From assembly GCA_030141605.1 (NCBI GenBank), contig JAQGDQ010002378.1, forward strand, positions 248,001 to 312,000: a DNA stretch of 64,000 nt. Reading direction: 5' to 3'. The position numbers and the translations under genes are program-made. Below the pieces are notes generated by a model. That model saw only the letters and a list, made by a program, of their open reading frames with translations. It was not told where the DNA came from and made no database searches. Positions 1 through 21,463 of the stretch are shown here, piece after piece. Numbering within the stretch: the stretch's first letter is position 1; every line of letters starts with the position of its first letter. The DNA is from Tubiluchus corallicola. Lineage: Eukaryota; Animalia; Priapulida.

Positions 1-1377
1 AATAACATTAGTCAACAAGAATAGTAAGCAATGTGAATATATACCGTTAAGTGAGAGTAAGATATGCTAGTATGGCGTACAACTCATTCCTGTCAGAAAA
101 TTAAAACAATTACGTTCTAGAGCCCAAGTAACTTCGGTAATGAAATTTACAGTCCGTATTTGTTCTTTGCTAACATTACTTTTTACATCTCATGTACAGG
201 AAAAAACTTTAGAAAGAAAATTTTCATTTGTGTAAAAAGTTTTGTACTCGTTACAAATAGATAACAAATTATAACCCATTACAAGAGCCATGAAATCGAG
301 AATTGTGTGTAAAAAAATTGGCTATGCGATTTTCACTATTTAAACAACTATGGTAAATTTAACAAACGGTTTCTGTAACTGTTTAACTGGCGGAACGATA
401 TCACATATAAAAGGAAGACAGTATTTGTGTGATCTAAACAGTAAATTCCAAAGTTTTCTTACAGCAACATTCCAAGCTGTACTTAATTTAGATTAATATC
501 TATTCCTGTGTGATTACAAGCTTTGTTGGAGTATTTATTTCAAAAAATGTTATTAACCCCTTCACCGGAAGTCGGAAATACATTGCTCAACAAGTAGCAA
601 TGCTTGCTTCTCCTGTTAGGTCCATACTAGTTATTGACCACTGCCTCTAAATCCGACCAGCCAAAGTCTGGACACGCTTGTCGGTAACTTCAGGGGAGCT
701 GAATTAGGCTAATAACTTCGAATCGTGTTCGAGTATGGTGTAACAATAAGGTAATTGGCGCCTGCCACACGACGAGGTGCAAATAGCAAACAAAAATTTC
801 CGCAACTCTATTGAGTTTTAGCCGACTGGCAAATTTGGCTTATTAACCCTCGAATGAGTTAATTAATGACGTAGCTACCGAAGCGTTAGATATGATTTCA
901 CAGAGGAATTGTACGAAAAACGTTGGTGTTCATTTTTGACTTGTTCTATTATACCGAGAAAATAACTAAATGGTCAAGGTGCAGGACTAGTTATGAAGTT
1001 AAGCATCGTCGAGCCTGATGAGTAACAGGCAGGAAATCTGCTTCTTATTACTTTAATTTCCCGTATACTGTCACATGCTACAGTAGCTCTTTTCTTTTGA
1101 GGGGGATGCACAATTAAGGCCAAGGCACCCCTGTTGATTCAGTGTCTCATTTAAAAAAATATCTTTGATATTGAAGAGATTTCATTCCCGCCACAATCAT
1201 TTCACGTTAGTAAAAGACTTTCTCGTTGTGTAGCAGCTTGTAATGTTGGTTGTGGCTTGTGTGACTAATAATGTACTGCTTTATAGGCTGAACGATGTTT
1301 CTATGAATTGATTGACTGATTACTAGCTGATTGATTGGTTTTATTTTCCTTTTCCTTTTTTCTTTCTTTTGGCGACT

Positions 1378-1560
1378 CCATTCATTCATTCATTCATTCA
1401 TTCATTCATTCATTCATTCATTCATTCATTCATTCATTCATTCATTCAGTCAGTCAATCATTCATTCATTCGTTCGTTCGTTCATTCATTCATTCGTTCG
1501 TTCGTTCGTTCATTCGTTCATTCATTCATTCAGTCAGTCAGTCAGTCACTCGTTCATTCG
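1378..1560. repeat. (TTCA)n microsatellite with TTCG/GTCA variants
   Basis: Directly visible; explains the FIHS-type ORFs. Confidence 0.95.
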
Positions 1561-1625
1561 TCCATAGAATCAATAATACATTCGTTCACTCATTCTTTCG
1601 TTTTCATTCGTCCGTTTGTTTTCAG

Positions 1626-4600
1626 GCGTATTTGACGTTTTCTGCGAGTGTGGCAGCAGGAGCACAAATTGGGATGGAAGAGTGCCAGCATCAGTTTGCC
1701 TGGGAGAGATGGAACTGTCCTCGATCGTCATTACCCCTTTATTCTCACAGTGTTCCTGCAGGTAAAAATATTATATTATACTATATTATATTATGTTGTG
1801 TTGTGTTATGTTATGTTATGTTATGCTATGTTATGCTATGTTATGTTATATTATGTTATATTATGTTATATTATATTGTATTGTATTGTATTGTGTTGTA
1901 TTGCATTGTGTTGTATTGTATTGCATTGCATTGCATTGCATTGCATTGCATTACATTACATTACATTACATTACATTATATTACATTACATTACTACATC
2001 ATAGGGCCTGATTAAGTGTTTTGTAGATAAGCATTCAGCATTTTCAGTATTTTTAATCTCTTGCAAATATGAAACACCAATTTTCAACATAGGATAATCA
2101 TCATCATCATTATGTCACCTTCGTTTTCTTCACTACCATCACCATCATCAACATCGTCAGCAGCAGCAGCTCCACCATCACATATCGTTATCGTCGTCGA
2201 TGCTATTATATATGAAATTGCCGTATTACATCTCATTTGATCACGTTACATTTACACTAGATAATTTTAAAAAGGACTATTCGGCTAAAACAGTAACAAT
2301 GTTTTCAGCAACACGGGAAACCTCATTTGTTCATGCCATCAGTTCAGCTGGAGTTATGTACACGTTGACCCGAAACTGTAGTTCTGGAGAATTTGAAAAC
2401 TGCGGTTGTGATGACAGGCGCAAAGGCCAAGGTATTTATATTTTTGACAATTATTTGAGACGCACCTGTATTTACTAAAACACCGTTACCACACTTTCAT
2501 TAGAAATAGAACTACAAACACTACATCTGAATTTTAAGTTGTAATGTTTCCGAAAATAAGACAGGGCCGGCAGTGCGTGCTTAGCTGCAAGGTTAAGTAA
2601 CGCCAGATCTGGTTAGTTAATGGAGAGGTGACAGCCGATATTCAGTCATTTCTTTTCTCGAGGAAGACACGCGCATGCAATTGTACGTACTGAATATTTT
2701 TGCTGGGTCACTGTCTCATCGTACAGGCTTATCCCTGATGATGAGTGAGAATAGTTCGGGTCCCGCCACACTCGTTTTGAGATGACGTCTTACCAAGTTG
2801 CGAAACTGTGCAAAAAGACGTGTAAACTGAAGTGAATAGTCTTTGAAATCTCGGAATAGGTGTATGATATAGATGTCTCTTGGTATTAACACATCGTGAC
2901 TGATCATTTTTGCTCTGAAAGGCGTTTTATTATATAGTTCCATATTTAGTATAGTATAGTTTAGTTTAGTTTAGTTTAGTTTAGTTTAGTTTAGTTTAGT
3001 TTAGTTTAGTTTAGTTTAGTTTAGTTTAGTTTAGTTTAGTTTAGTTTAGTTTAGTTTAGTTTAGTTTAGTTTAGTTTAGTTTAGTTTAGTTTAGTTTAGT
3101 TGACACCTAGAAATTACATCTATGGAAAATTCTACCTGTCAAATATCTTCGCAGTTTGTTTCTTAATACTTTGTTTCTGCCATCTTTGTGTTTTGTTTTG
3201 TTATAGCAGCTCCGGGCTGGACTTGGGGTGGGTGCAGTGACAATGTCAAATTTGGAGAGCAAATAAGTAAGCAGTTCGTAGACGCTTTGGAAACTGGGAA
3301 AGATGCAACAGCTTTGATGAATCTGCACAATAATAAAGCAGGGAGAGCAGTAAGTTCACTTAACACCTTTATTTATATTAACATAGTAAAGCACAATTGA
3401 ATATTTTCACTACTTAACGCAAAGTGTAATAATAGAAATTATGAATAATTGAAATTAAAGGCGTACTAACTTTTTTAGTTTAACACTGATTTTAGTAGAT
3501 GGGGACTCTACCACGTAAACAGCGCTAGTAATAGCGTAATATGCATAACGTGGTGCTATCTACTGGTAAGAAAGATGAGGTATTTTAAAGTGACGCCTCT
3601 TTGATTAATAAATATAATATTTTTTGAATTTCTGGCTTGAATTTATTTTTTAAGTTGTTTGTTGTTGAATTTTATTTTTATTTGTTACAAAACTGAATAA
3701 CTAGAAAACTCGATTGCAAAAGTTGCCTAACGGCCAAATGCAGCAACAGCCAAAGAAACAATTGATCACGTGTCGAAGGTCGTAGAAGTACATGCTATCT
3801 CTAAATTGAAATACAGATTGCTCTTGCAGTATGTTTTAACTTACGTCTACTAGAATATTTGTTTGCATTGATTATGGTCAAGATTAAAGAGCAAAATTTG
3901 TTGTTATCAGGCGGTCCGCCATACTCTAAAACGAACCTGCAAGTGCCACGGCGTATCCGGAAGTTGTTCGACGCAAACATGTTGGCTGCAGTTGTCCGAT
4001 TTCCGGAAAGTTGGCGATTACTTGAAGAAGAGATACTGGAAAGCGGTGAAAGTTGACTATAAAAACGGCGAATTGAAATTGATGAATACAGGACGTATTG
4101 AAGAAATACCTTCCCTAAAAAGGAGGAGTCTCGTCTATTTGGAACCATCCCATGACTATTGCAAAGCTAATATTACAGAAGGTATGAAGTCCGGTACGAT
4201 GTTTAATTTATTTTTCTTTGTCTAACTTTACCTTACCTTACTCAACTTTACAACTTTACAATATACTTAGCTTTACTTTGTTTTGCATTATTTTTACTTT
4301 ACTTTACTTTGCCATATTTTGCTTAAAGTTAATTTACTTTTCTTTACTTCACTTTGCCGTATTTTGCTTTGCTTTGCTTTACTTTGTGTTACTTTACTTT
4401 GCTTTGCTTTACTTTACTTTGCTTTTCTTTGCTTTGCTTTACATTAATTTACTTTACTTTACTTTACTTTACTTTACTTTACTTTACTTTACTTTACTTT
4501 ACTTTACTTTACTTTACTTTACTTTACTTTACTTTACTTTACTTTACTTTACTTTACTTTACTTTTACTTTACTTTACTTTACTTTACTTTACTTTACTT

Positions 4601-5758
4601 TACTTTACTTTACTTTACTTTACTTTACTTTACTTTACTTTACTTTACTTTACTTTACTTTACTTTACTTTACTTTACTTTACTTTACTTTACTGTACTT
4701 TACTTTACTTTACTTTACTTTACTTTACTTTGCCTTACTTTACTTTGCTTTGCTTTACCTTACTTTGTTTTACTTTACTTTACTTTACTTTACTTTACTT
4801 TACTTTACTTTACTTTACTTTACTTTACTTTACTTTACTTTACTTTACTTTACTTTACTTTACTTTACTTTACTTTACTTTACTTTACTTTACTTTACTT
4901 TACTTTACTTTACTTTACTTTACTTTACTTTACTTTACTTTACTTTACTTTACTTTACTTTACTTTACTTTACTTTACTTTACTTTACTTTACTTTACTT
5001 TACTTTCGGTATTGTGATATGTGGGTAATCCTCAGAATACAGGTTATGCATATATTTATATTGAAACAAAATCGCGGCTTTCTGTAAGCATTCCTATCAT
5101 TTTTCATTGACAGTAACAAATGGGTCATGAAGTTTCTTGTTTAGCTTTTTTATGCGAGATGTTTAACCGTTTCGTTAGTTGAACTCAATCTTTTGGCGTT
5201 TTGGTGCTAAACTTTTAAGCCTCTGTTTCTGCGACCCATATATAGCATAATGATTATTACATCCTTTGACTTGGTGCCCAGTTAGATGAACAAAGTCTTT
5301 CTTCACATAATAAATTTTATTTTTAATACCAAGCGCTGATGCACATTTATCAGTTTGCTAAATTAATAAAAGTATCATGACGTAAACATGTACTGTCAAA
5401 TTTAGAATAGGTAAAAAAGTTCTCATAACTATAAGCTTAATCTTGATCTTATTGTCGCTGCATTCTTGGGTTTTTTTAAGACAAATGTGTATCAGTTCAC
5501 AATACAAATTTATGTGGCTTTCAATGAATTACAGGACATGTTGGAACAGCGGGCAGGCTTTGCTCTAAACGAAAGGGAAAAGAAATTTCACAATCAGAGA
5601 GACGAAGCTGTAAAACCTTGTGTAAAAACTGCGGTTTGAAAGTTCGCCGACAGACCCTGCAACTGTTTACAAGCTGCAATTGTAAATTCGAATGGTGTTG
5701 CGAAGTAAAATGTGAAGAATGTCGTGAAACTGTTGATAAACTAACTTGCGTGGCATGA
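1626..5758 (+). CDS. wnt8: Wnt8 ligand, 5' part not identified; exons 1626-1761, 2309-2431, 3207(or 3210)-3349, 3911-4181, 5535-5758
   Basis: Spliced translation [32 protein letters not shown]...[35 protein letters not shown]...[72 protein letters not shown]...[22 protein letters not shown]. All introns are GT-AG with compatible phases. The [31 protein letters not shown] and [11 protein letters not shown] blocks are characteristic of the Wnt8 subfamily. Signal-peptide exon(s) not found. Confidence 0.93.
1770..1996. repeat. Compound pentamer microsatellite (TTATA/TTATG/TTGTA/TTGCA/TTACA)
   Basis: Directly visible just after the Wnt8 donor at 1762. Confidence 0.9.
2956..3101. repeat. (TTTAG)n microsatellite
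   Basis: Directly visible in a Wnt8 intron. Confidence 0.95.
4330..5006. repeat. (TTTAC)n microsatellite
   Basis: Directly visible; explains the FTLLY ORFs. Confidence 0.95.
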
Positions 5759-6181
5759 TAATGCCAGTGCAAGTCTGAAATGTAAATATTATTATGTCTT
5801 ATAATACTGTGTGTTAAGTTTTCTTGATGCCATCCAAAATAGCCACTGTGGGCATGGCACTGTAATCGATTGTGTCCTCTGCCCCGCCTGCCCCGCAAGT
5901 GTGTGAATAGCTACTGCCAAATTCTTTTCAACTTAACTATTATTTCACAGAAACTTACAATTATTATTGTTATTATGAGTTTATTTCGTATAAAAAATAT
6001 ACAGCTCACAAAGATAAAAATGTTAGTAAAACAGGTAATGCGATATTAGTAAAATAACATATCTACAGACATTCAACTTTATAATAACCACACATTGTAG
6101 TTCCCTTGTAATTATATTACATTATACAGTGTTGTAAGGAGCTATAATAGATATCTTAAAACATAATCTTTAAATGAGTTC

Positions 6182-6760
6182 TTAACCTTTAATTTTACAT
6201 TTTCGTTTAGGATTTAGAGCTACAGTACAACCATGTTTAAATCTTAAAGTTACTTGACTGTTATTTACATAGTAGCATGGCTTTGGAATTCTCAATGTGC
6301 AGGAGTTTACAATTTTTCTCACAAAGTTTAATTTTCGACTATCTACTAAATAACTCGCAGGCAATGCGCCACAAAAATACATTAACAATTTGACGCTTTC
6401 ATTTTGTCTAAAATCGAATATTTTTCTATAAGCAGTGTTCCATTTTACCCTAATGGCATTAACTTCATTGTCTGATATACCCCCAATTTCGCATCCGTAT
6501 AACAAATATGTATGGTAGACATTGGGTAGACAATATGTATTGATCAGAGTTTTAGCTACTATGTCATTACGATTATGGCCCATACTTGAGAGAATATTAC
6601 ATTATAAATTTTGTAGAATTCATTTAAGACGAAATCATCTCTTGAATTCCGAATCAATGTGGCAGGCTTTTCTTGCGTGCTTTGATAACTTATGTAGTTC
6701 ACGATAAAGTTTGTATTTGTGTAGTAGGCAGGTCTTTCACGTTGCAAAATAATTGTGATG
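6182..6760 (-). mobile_element. Degenerate 3' fragment of a non-LTR retrotransposon ORF2 (CR1/L2-group)
   Basis: ORF 6182-6583 reads LINTYCLP..LLYGCEI..WNTAYRKIF..RQNESVKLLMYFCG.LP, resembling the region C-terminal to RT in LINE ORF2; frameshifted upstream. Confidence 0.65.
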
Positions 6761-6827
6761 ATTTATGTTGGGTTGCAATTTTAACGTAATGTTCTTTTCT
6801 TGTTTGCTCGCAGACATTGTATACAAT

Positions 6828-7229
6828 AATGGGCGTATTAACAAATAGGCTAACTAGGCTAAAGCCTAGGGCGCCAAAGGTCCGAAGAGCGTCACGTTTT
6901 AGAAAAAATTCTTATTTTACTTGGAAAATGTGTGTACTTTCATATTCATGTAAAGGGCGCATTTTCTAATACATCATTTTATATTAGTGAGAGCAACTTT
7001 TATATAAGTGCCACATAACGAACAGGTGCAAGGTATTACACAAAAAGCAGTTGCGCAGCCTGCGCTGTGCAAATACATGTTAATAATAATGACCACGTAA
7101 AACTAGGTTAATAGTGTTTCTAATACACCACAAGTAATTGTTTATCGTGCTCATTATATAAGTTCGCAATAGAAATGGACCAGACAGAATAATCAGCCTA
7201 GGACGCTGTAAAGTATTGATACGCCCCTG
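6828..7229. mobile_element. Old hAT-type MITE
   Basis: Imperfect TIRs AATGGGCGTATTAA / TTGATACGCCCCTG; subterminal GCCTAGG motifs; decayed 8-bp flanks TATACAAT / TACGCAAC. Confidence 0.55.
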
Positions 7230-7889
7230 TACGCAACAAAGTGGATTCACGATAAGTGGTTAAAATATTCGACTACTTGATTTTGAACGCAGTTTAGTGT
7301 AATAAAGATGGCCAACAATCGTTGAAAGCATGTTTTTCGATGATTGATGACTTTTTATTATGGTAACTCTATACTTCATTAACAAGTATTATTAAACTAT
7401 TCATTCATTAAGCATAATAATTTTGGTAATGTAAACCTCAGTTTCTGAACAGCGAAAAACTGTATGCAGTTTAATTTGTTTAAACGGTTTGTGCAGTGTT
7501 TGTTTCGTTTTCTTAAGTTGGTGAACGAAACTCTTTGACAATTACTGACAGTAAATTAATTTTATTAAACGTTAATTATCTATTGATTAAGTATCATGTA
7601 TTAAATAATCTGTAATTCGTTGACAATTTCACTGTGTTTTTTGAACATAATTTGCTATATTACTGGCTCAAGTCAGCCTGATTATGAGGAATTAGTTTTG
7701 TTATGTATAGCTTTGATTGTTTTCCTGTACAGAATGTTAATATCCGTGACGTTTTAGAAAAATAATAATCACTCGTTAAACTATAGATTCTAATAATTAT
7801 GTTTGATGGTTTTTTATCATTTATGTACATAAGGGTTGGCCTCATAGTACCTTAAGCAATGCCCACGAATGTACCTGTTGTTATCGTCA

Positions 7890-8218
7890 ATCATGATGAT
7901 GATGATGATGCTGATGACCACGACGAGGTTATTGTTGTTGTTGTTGCTGCTGCTGCTGCTGCTGTTGTTGTTGTTGTCGTTGATGATGATGGTGAGGATG
8001 ATGATGATGATGCTGATGACCACGACGATGTTATTGTTATTGTTGTTGCTGCTGCTGTTGTTGTTATTGTCGTTGTCGTTGATGATGATGATGATGCTGA
8101 TGACCACGATGATGTTATTGTTGTTGTTACTGCTGCTGTTGTCGTTGTCGTTGTTGATGATGACGACGACGATGATGGTGATGGTGATGCTGTTAGTGAA
8201 TGTAGTGGTGATGGCAAT
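7890..8218. repeat. Compound trinucleotide repeat (GAT/GTT/GCT)
   Basis: Directly visible; gives low-complexity ORFs in several frames. Confidence 0.9.
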
Positions 8219-8859
8219 GAACAAAGAGATGTTCCCTGCTGGACTATTAAAATGTCTGTGATGTTTTGTGTTTACAAGTTTCCGTCTGAGCGAAGTATTT
8301 TCGTTTCTAATAAATGTAGGTCTATACTTAAGAAAATTGTGATGCAGAAAGGCTACGTACGTAACAACTTTTTGAGCTCTCAGAAGCTACACGGATCAGT
8401 TATTACACTACATGTAGTCGTGAGTAGTTAAATAGCTAAAAGGAAACACCAGCATCCTGTTCCACAAACTATTGTATGTTGTTGTTTGTGAGCACGAGTC
8501 TTGTATGAATTACGTATATATACAGCCCTCATACCCTTGAACATTTAATGCGATAGTTTACTGTCGAAGCAAGACTGCAGGACGTATGTTACCTCAACGT
8601 ACAGTCGTAAATGAATTCATAAAGACACTGAATTTCAGAAATTGAATTAAGAAACATTTATACGCCAACAACGTTGCAAGACATTTTGAAATGGATTCGT
8701 CAAAGACAATTTTCATGGTTTGTGTTTTTGTGGGGCTAGTTGCTAACTTAGGATACGGTAAGTTTGCATTATTATAATTTGAAATCATAGTATTCTATAC
8801 GAATCTATGTTCTATACGTACAGTATCTATAGACTTGTTAAGAATAACTTAGAGTAATA

Positions 8860-9080
8860 CTCTTTGGTGTTTTTTTAATTTAGAAGTGACAACGAAAAGT
8901 TTTTTGACAAGTACCGTACAGTATAGACATACATAACTTACAGTAATACGGTATGGTAGTTTTAATTTACAAGTGACAACTGAAAGTTTTTTGACAAGTA
9001 CCGTACAGTATAGACGTACATAACTTACAGTAATACGGTTTGGTGTTTTTTAATTTAGAAGTGACAGCTGCAAGTTTTTT
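8860..9080. repeat. Tandem repeat, about 88-bp unit, about 2.4 copies
   Basis: TTTAATTTAGAAGTGACAAC..TTTTTTGACAAGTACCGTACAGTATAGAC..CAGTAATACGG recurs. Confidence 0.85.
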
Positions 9081-10940
9081 TGATAAATTGAAACATCCAC
9101 CAGAAAATGAATGTCTCCTAAGCGGTGAGTACTGTTCTTTCAAGTTGTTACAGTGATAAATTAGAATTCCGTTGTCTAGATTAAATGCACTTACTATTAA
9201 CGGGATCAAAACAAATGGTGAATTACTTTTGCAAGAGGTTACTTACATCTAATCGCTCCTACGCTTGTTTGTTTTGAACTTCCACCTACGTTTTCAGTTC
9301 AGATACGTCGTAATTGTTGTTAAATTTCGGAAATGTTTATTAAGTAATAGAGAACGTCCATTATGGTGGTGCACTCCGGCAGAGAGACAGCCACCACGAC
9401 ACTCGTAAAAGGAGTTTTCTTGGTTACAGGTTGTTGGGCTCCAGTTACGTATTACTGTTTTGTGTGGCCATGCGATCCCAGAATTAAGCAGTGTGGATAT
9501 CATGAGAAATGTGTGTAAGTATCAAATCGTAAGTACAATAAATTGAATAGGACTTTGAATAGGACTTTTTAATCTCTGCATGGGAATTTGGCTTTTGTTT
9601 TAGCTGTTTGCTTGCTTGTTTGTCTGTTTGTTTATTTGTGTGTTTGTGTCTGCTGTTTGTTTATTTGTTTGTTTTTGTGTTTGTTTGGTTTTTTGTTTTA
9701 ACGGTTGTAATTTTGCAGGTTACGGTTGCATCAGATGACCTCTAAATATAGATTGTCAGAAAGCCACAATAGATTGTCAAAAAGCCACAATAGACTGTCA
9801 GAAAGCCCCAACCATTTATCCTATGTAACGGTTAAATGATAAAAATATCGATACACATCAACAGTTTAAAAGTATCCAATTTTATTAATAATAATTAGAC
9901 GGTTTTTTTTCTTATTCCAGGGCTTGTGATACTTGCAAGGCGTGTTGCGTTGACGAGAATTATACAGTTGTCAGACCTCAGATCAAAGGATAAAGCATCC
10001 CATCGTTTTATTTTTATTTATATTTAAACAGTAATTATTTAGGTTTCTAATATTTATATATATATATATATTATAACAATTATATATATATATAATAATT
10101 AAAACTACAACAAATATAATTTCATTGTAGTCTTCCGTGTTTTAATAATTTTTCTTTGTCATTTTTACTGGAACACATGATTTGCTGTCTATTATTTATT
10201 TACATTCTAGAGTTGGATATCTATCAAGCTACGTAAAACGTGTATTTGAAATAAAGGACTAAAACAAGGTATACCCTTGCTCTGGAAACATCTGTATTTG
10301 TTCAATTCCCCAGCCAATGACGCTCGGAGCTCTGATTCGCATGCCAACCTTTGCGATTCCTGGTTTCCTAAATTTACTCCATTAATTTTTCTGCCTCTGC
10401 ACTTTAATTATTAAAACAACTTTAATCTTGAATTAGTTAAATCAAATGAAAAACGAAATCAGTATTTTAATTCGTCATAAAACATGTACATGATTTAATG
10501 TCCAAATGAGTTGCTAAAGAATTACAAGTTTAAAGCTCCTCTTTTTAAGTGCATTAATAGAAAAAAGATGATAGTTAATTGAATCATCACAAAACTTCAA
10601 TGTTTAAGTGCATTAATAGAAAAAGATGATAGTTAATTAAATCTTCACAAAACTTCAATGTGTTTTAATTCTAACTTTCGTCTGCACGCAGCTTACTAAC
10701 TTGTGTATATTAGCAGCAGTTCATTTGGTTAAGTATAGGTGTATACACAGTGCATAGAATACATTTCCCCCCAGATTAGAGTTCTTCGTCTGACCGAATT
10801 CCTCCCATGGCAAAAGTTCCTGCTTTTGCATCTGAAACTTCTCCTCTAGGCGCCTAGCCCCTTACCGCTTGACCCTACGTTGCATGAACAATCATGCAGA
10901 TTTTCATATGAAACTCTTGTACTTGTGGGTGTTCGACACT

Positions 10941-18973
<8,033 letters not shown>

Positions 18974-21463
18974 GCTAATGTCGATGTTGCTGCATTAAAC
19001 ACAACAGACTGCAATTTTTTTAAAAATAGATTTCACTGCCTTGGCCGCTTGGGATATTTGAAAGCGTCGCACTAATTTTGAAGACGTGTTTTTTATACAC
19101 GTGTCTACAATATAACGTTTGTAGATGTAAATCAACACATTTAAATGATGTAATCAACGCTAATATCGAGATTTGACTGTTTATTGCTAAGCAGTACTGC
19201 CTGTTATGTACAAGACTCACAAGCAAGCTTTAACTGAGCGCAACGGCACTCGCAAATTCGGAAATAAACCTATTTTTAAGCTCACTTATGAGTGGACTAC
19301 TGAAGTACAAGGTCATGCTAGACTTGTTTTATACGTGGGCAAGAGGGCGCTGTTTTAAGGGCTACCGGTTTTGGAATAACGTGCGCCAAATTTTTTAAAT
19401 CATCTAAAATGTGAAAAAAATGCGCATGAGGCTTGCCATCTTTAGCCTGAATAAAACGTTGAATGCACTTTATAATCTCACAATAGATTACTTATTTATT
19501 TCAGGAGTTTTCGTCCTAACGGCCTCATCAGATGAATATTACAGATAAAATGTTAAGGCAGTAGGTCACCAGAGTGAAAAAAAGAAAATGAAAAGCAAAA
19601 CATCATTGATTTAAAATATAACAAGCTATAAAAAATTACCACGACTGAATAGAAAGAAAAACCAATCACTATGCAATAAGTCTTCCCAGAATAAAAGCTA
19701 ATTAAATAAAATAAAAAGACTAAATTAACATACCTGAATAGACTAACGTGTTAAAAGAATTGCAGTCGGTTTTGTCTTCGATATAGAGTTTCCGGGAGAT
19801 AACACAGCACTGAGCAAGCCACTGTGTTAATAGTCGAAAATACAATTCATTACTTCATTTTCAGCATTACGAAAAAAGTATTATACCTCCAGCATTTTAC
19901 TGAACTACTTTTGAACCATCATTGTTATTAACCACTTTGAATACCAAGTTTTGAATTTTAGTAATGTCACAGTTTAGGATTTCAACTGCAAGGCTAATAT
20001 TTTTCAGGGGACAAAAAAGAGAGAGAGTTAGAAAAAAGTATGTAAACAACGAAGAGTATTCTCCAAGTTTGCAGATGTGTCATTAATGAACACCAAAACA
20101 ACAGTGGGCGTAGAATCTATCCTTGGAGACTCCCGCCTCTACGTGAATCCTTTCTGAGGCATTCAGATCCCTTAATGACAACACTTTGATGACAGCTCTC
20201 TAAATATTATTTTATTTTAGCCAATCTAATAATGGGCTGCATGTAATTTGAAAAAAAACCGTCATGTTGAAATCAATCAAAAACCTTGGATACATTTAAG
20301 TGCACTCTGACAATCTCTTCCTGGTTGCTAACCCTCGAGTGTAATATTAATTATTGGCCGGTATAAGTTGATGGGTCACTAGGATGGAAATGAGACAGAG
20401 ATTTGCAAGAAGAAACTACGTTCATGCAAGGAGGTTGTAGATTATTTTAAAAGTAAATTTTTAAAGCACAAGAAAAACCTCCACTTACATAAAGCTTAAA
20501 AAATTCGTCTTGAAATTTATACCATTTACACACTGTCTTTTTGCATGCAGTCGGCATCGTCGTTTGCGTCGGCTGTAACGCTGAATAAAGTGTGTAAATT
20601 TACTCCCGCGATGACCATTAGGGGCAGCCATTTTGATGGTAGGTCGTTTGAAACAAGTTTAGATAACACTGAGCAAAGTTTGAAAAAATAATCAGAGCAT
20701 CCTAGCATAGATAACACTGAGTAATTTTTGAAAAAATAATCAGAGCATCCTAGCATACATGTTACTAACTAAGTAAAATTTTAAATTACTGTATCTTGTC
20801 AATAAGATTAGAAATACCATTTTGGTTACTGAGTGGCGCACCCTGAAGGGTGACTCAGCGACATTTTACCAATTGGCACGAATATTTTAAATTGTTATTT
20901 CTAGTTACATAAGTCTTTCCAGCAGTTAAGCGAAATGGTAAGTAATATGGATATGCATGGAATATTTTTTTGGAAATAATTTAGCAATGCCTTTTCTTCC
21001 CCTGATTTTCGTGTCGTAGTGACGTCATGTAATGGCGCCGTCAGAACAGTATTGCAGAAGATTTAAAATGAAAACAAACAAAAATTCCTTTCAACGCAAG
21101 CACTATGTACACATATAATTGCTGTAAAGTAGTATAATTTTTAAGGCGATTTTTCTGAAACCTACATCAGGTACCCTTTTTCTTGTCTTTTAAATATTTT
21201 GGAAACAACAGTAGTAGTATGCATTGCTTTTCCCCGCAACACAGCACACTGCTCACATTAAATAAGTGTAACCAACTGCAACATTCCGTTTTATGACAAT
21301 TTTATTTTTAAATACAGAAAAAAAACAAGCGTTTGTAGTATAGCAATTAACAAGACATAGTTTAAAAGGATCTACAAATGTATATAACTAACGGATATAT
21401 AATTATGTTTTCAAATGCTTCTATTTCTCTGTTCCCGTATTAGTTATAGCCGCTTATGTAATA

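Noticed and set aside
600-690. Candidate upstream Wnt8 exon after TGTTAG at 619
   Set aside because: Stops in all three frames within about 30 nt and no resemblance to the Wnt8 N-terminus.
2956-3101. Interstitial telomere-like repeat
   Set aside because: The unit is TTTAG, not TTAGG or TTAGGG, and is one of many pentamer microsatellites here.
4218-5087. Long hydrophobic ORFs (also 1331-2015, 7817-8431, 15804-16592, 33872-34088, 40896-41364)
   Set aside because: Translations of stop-free microsatellites, open in several frames at once.
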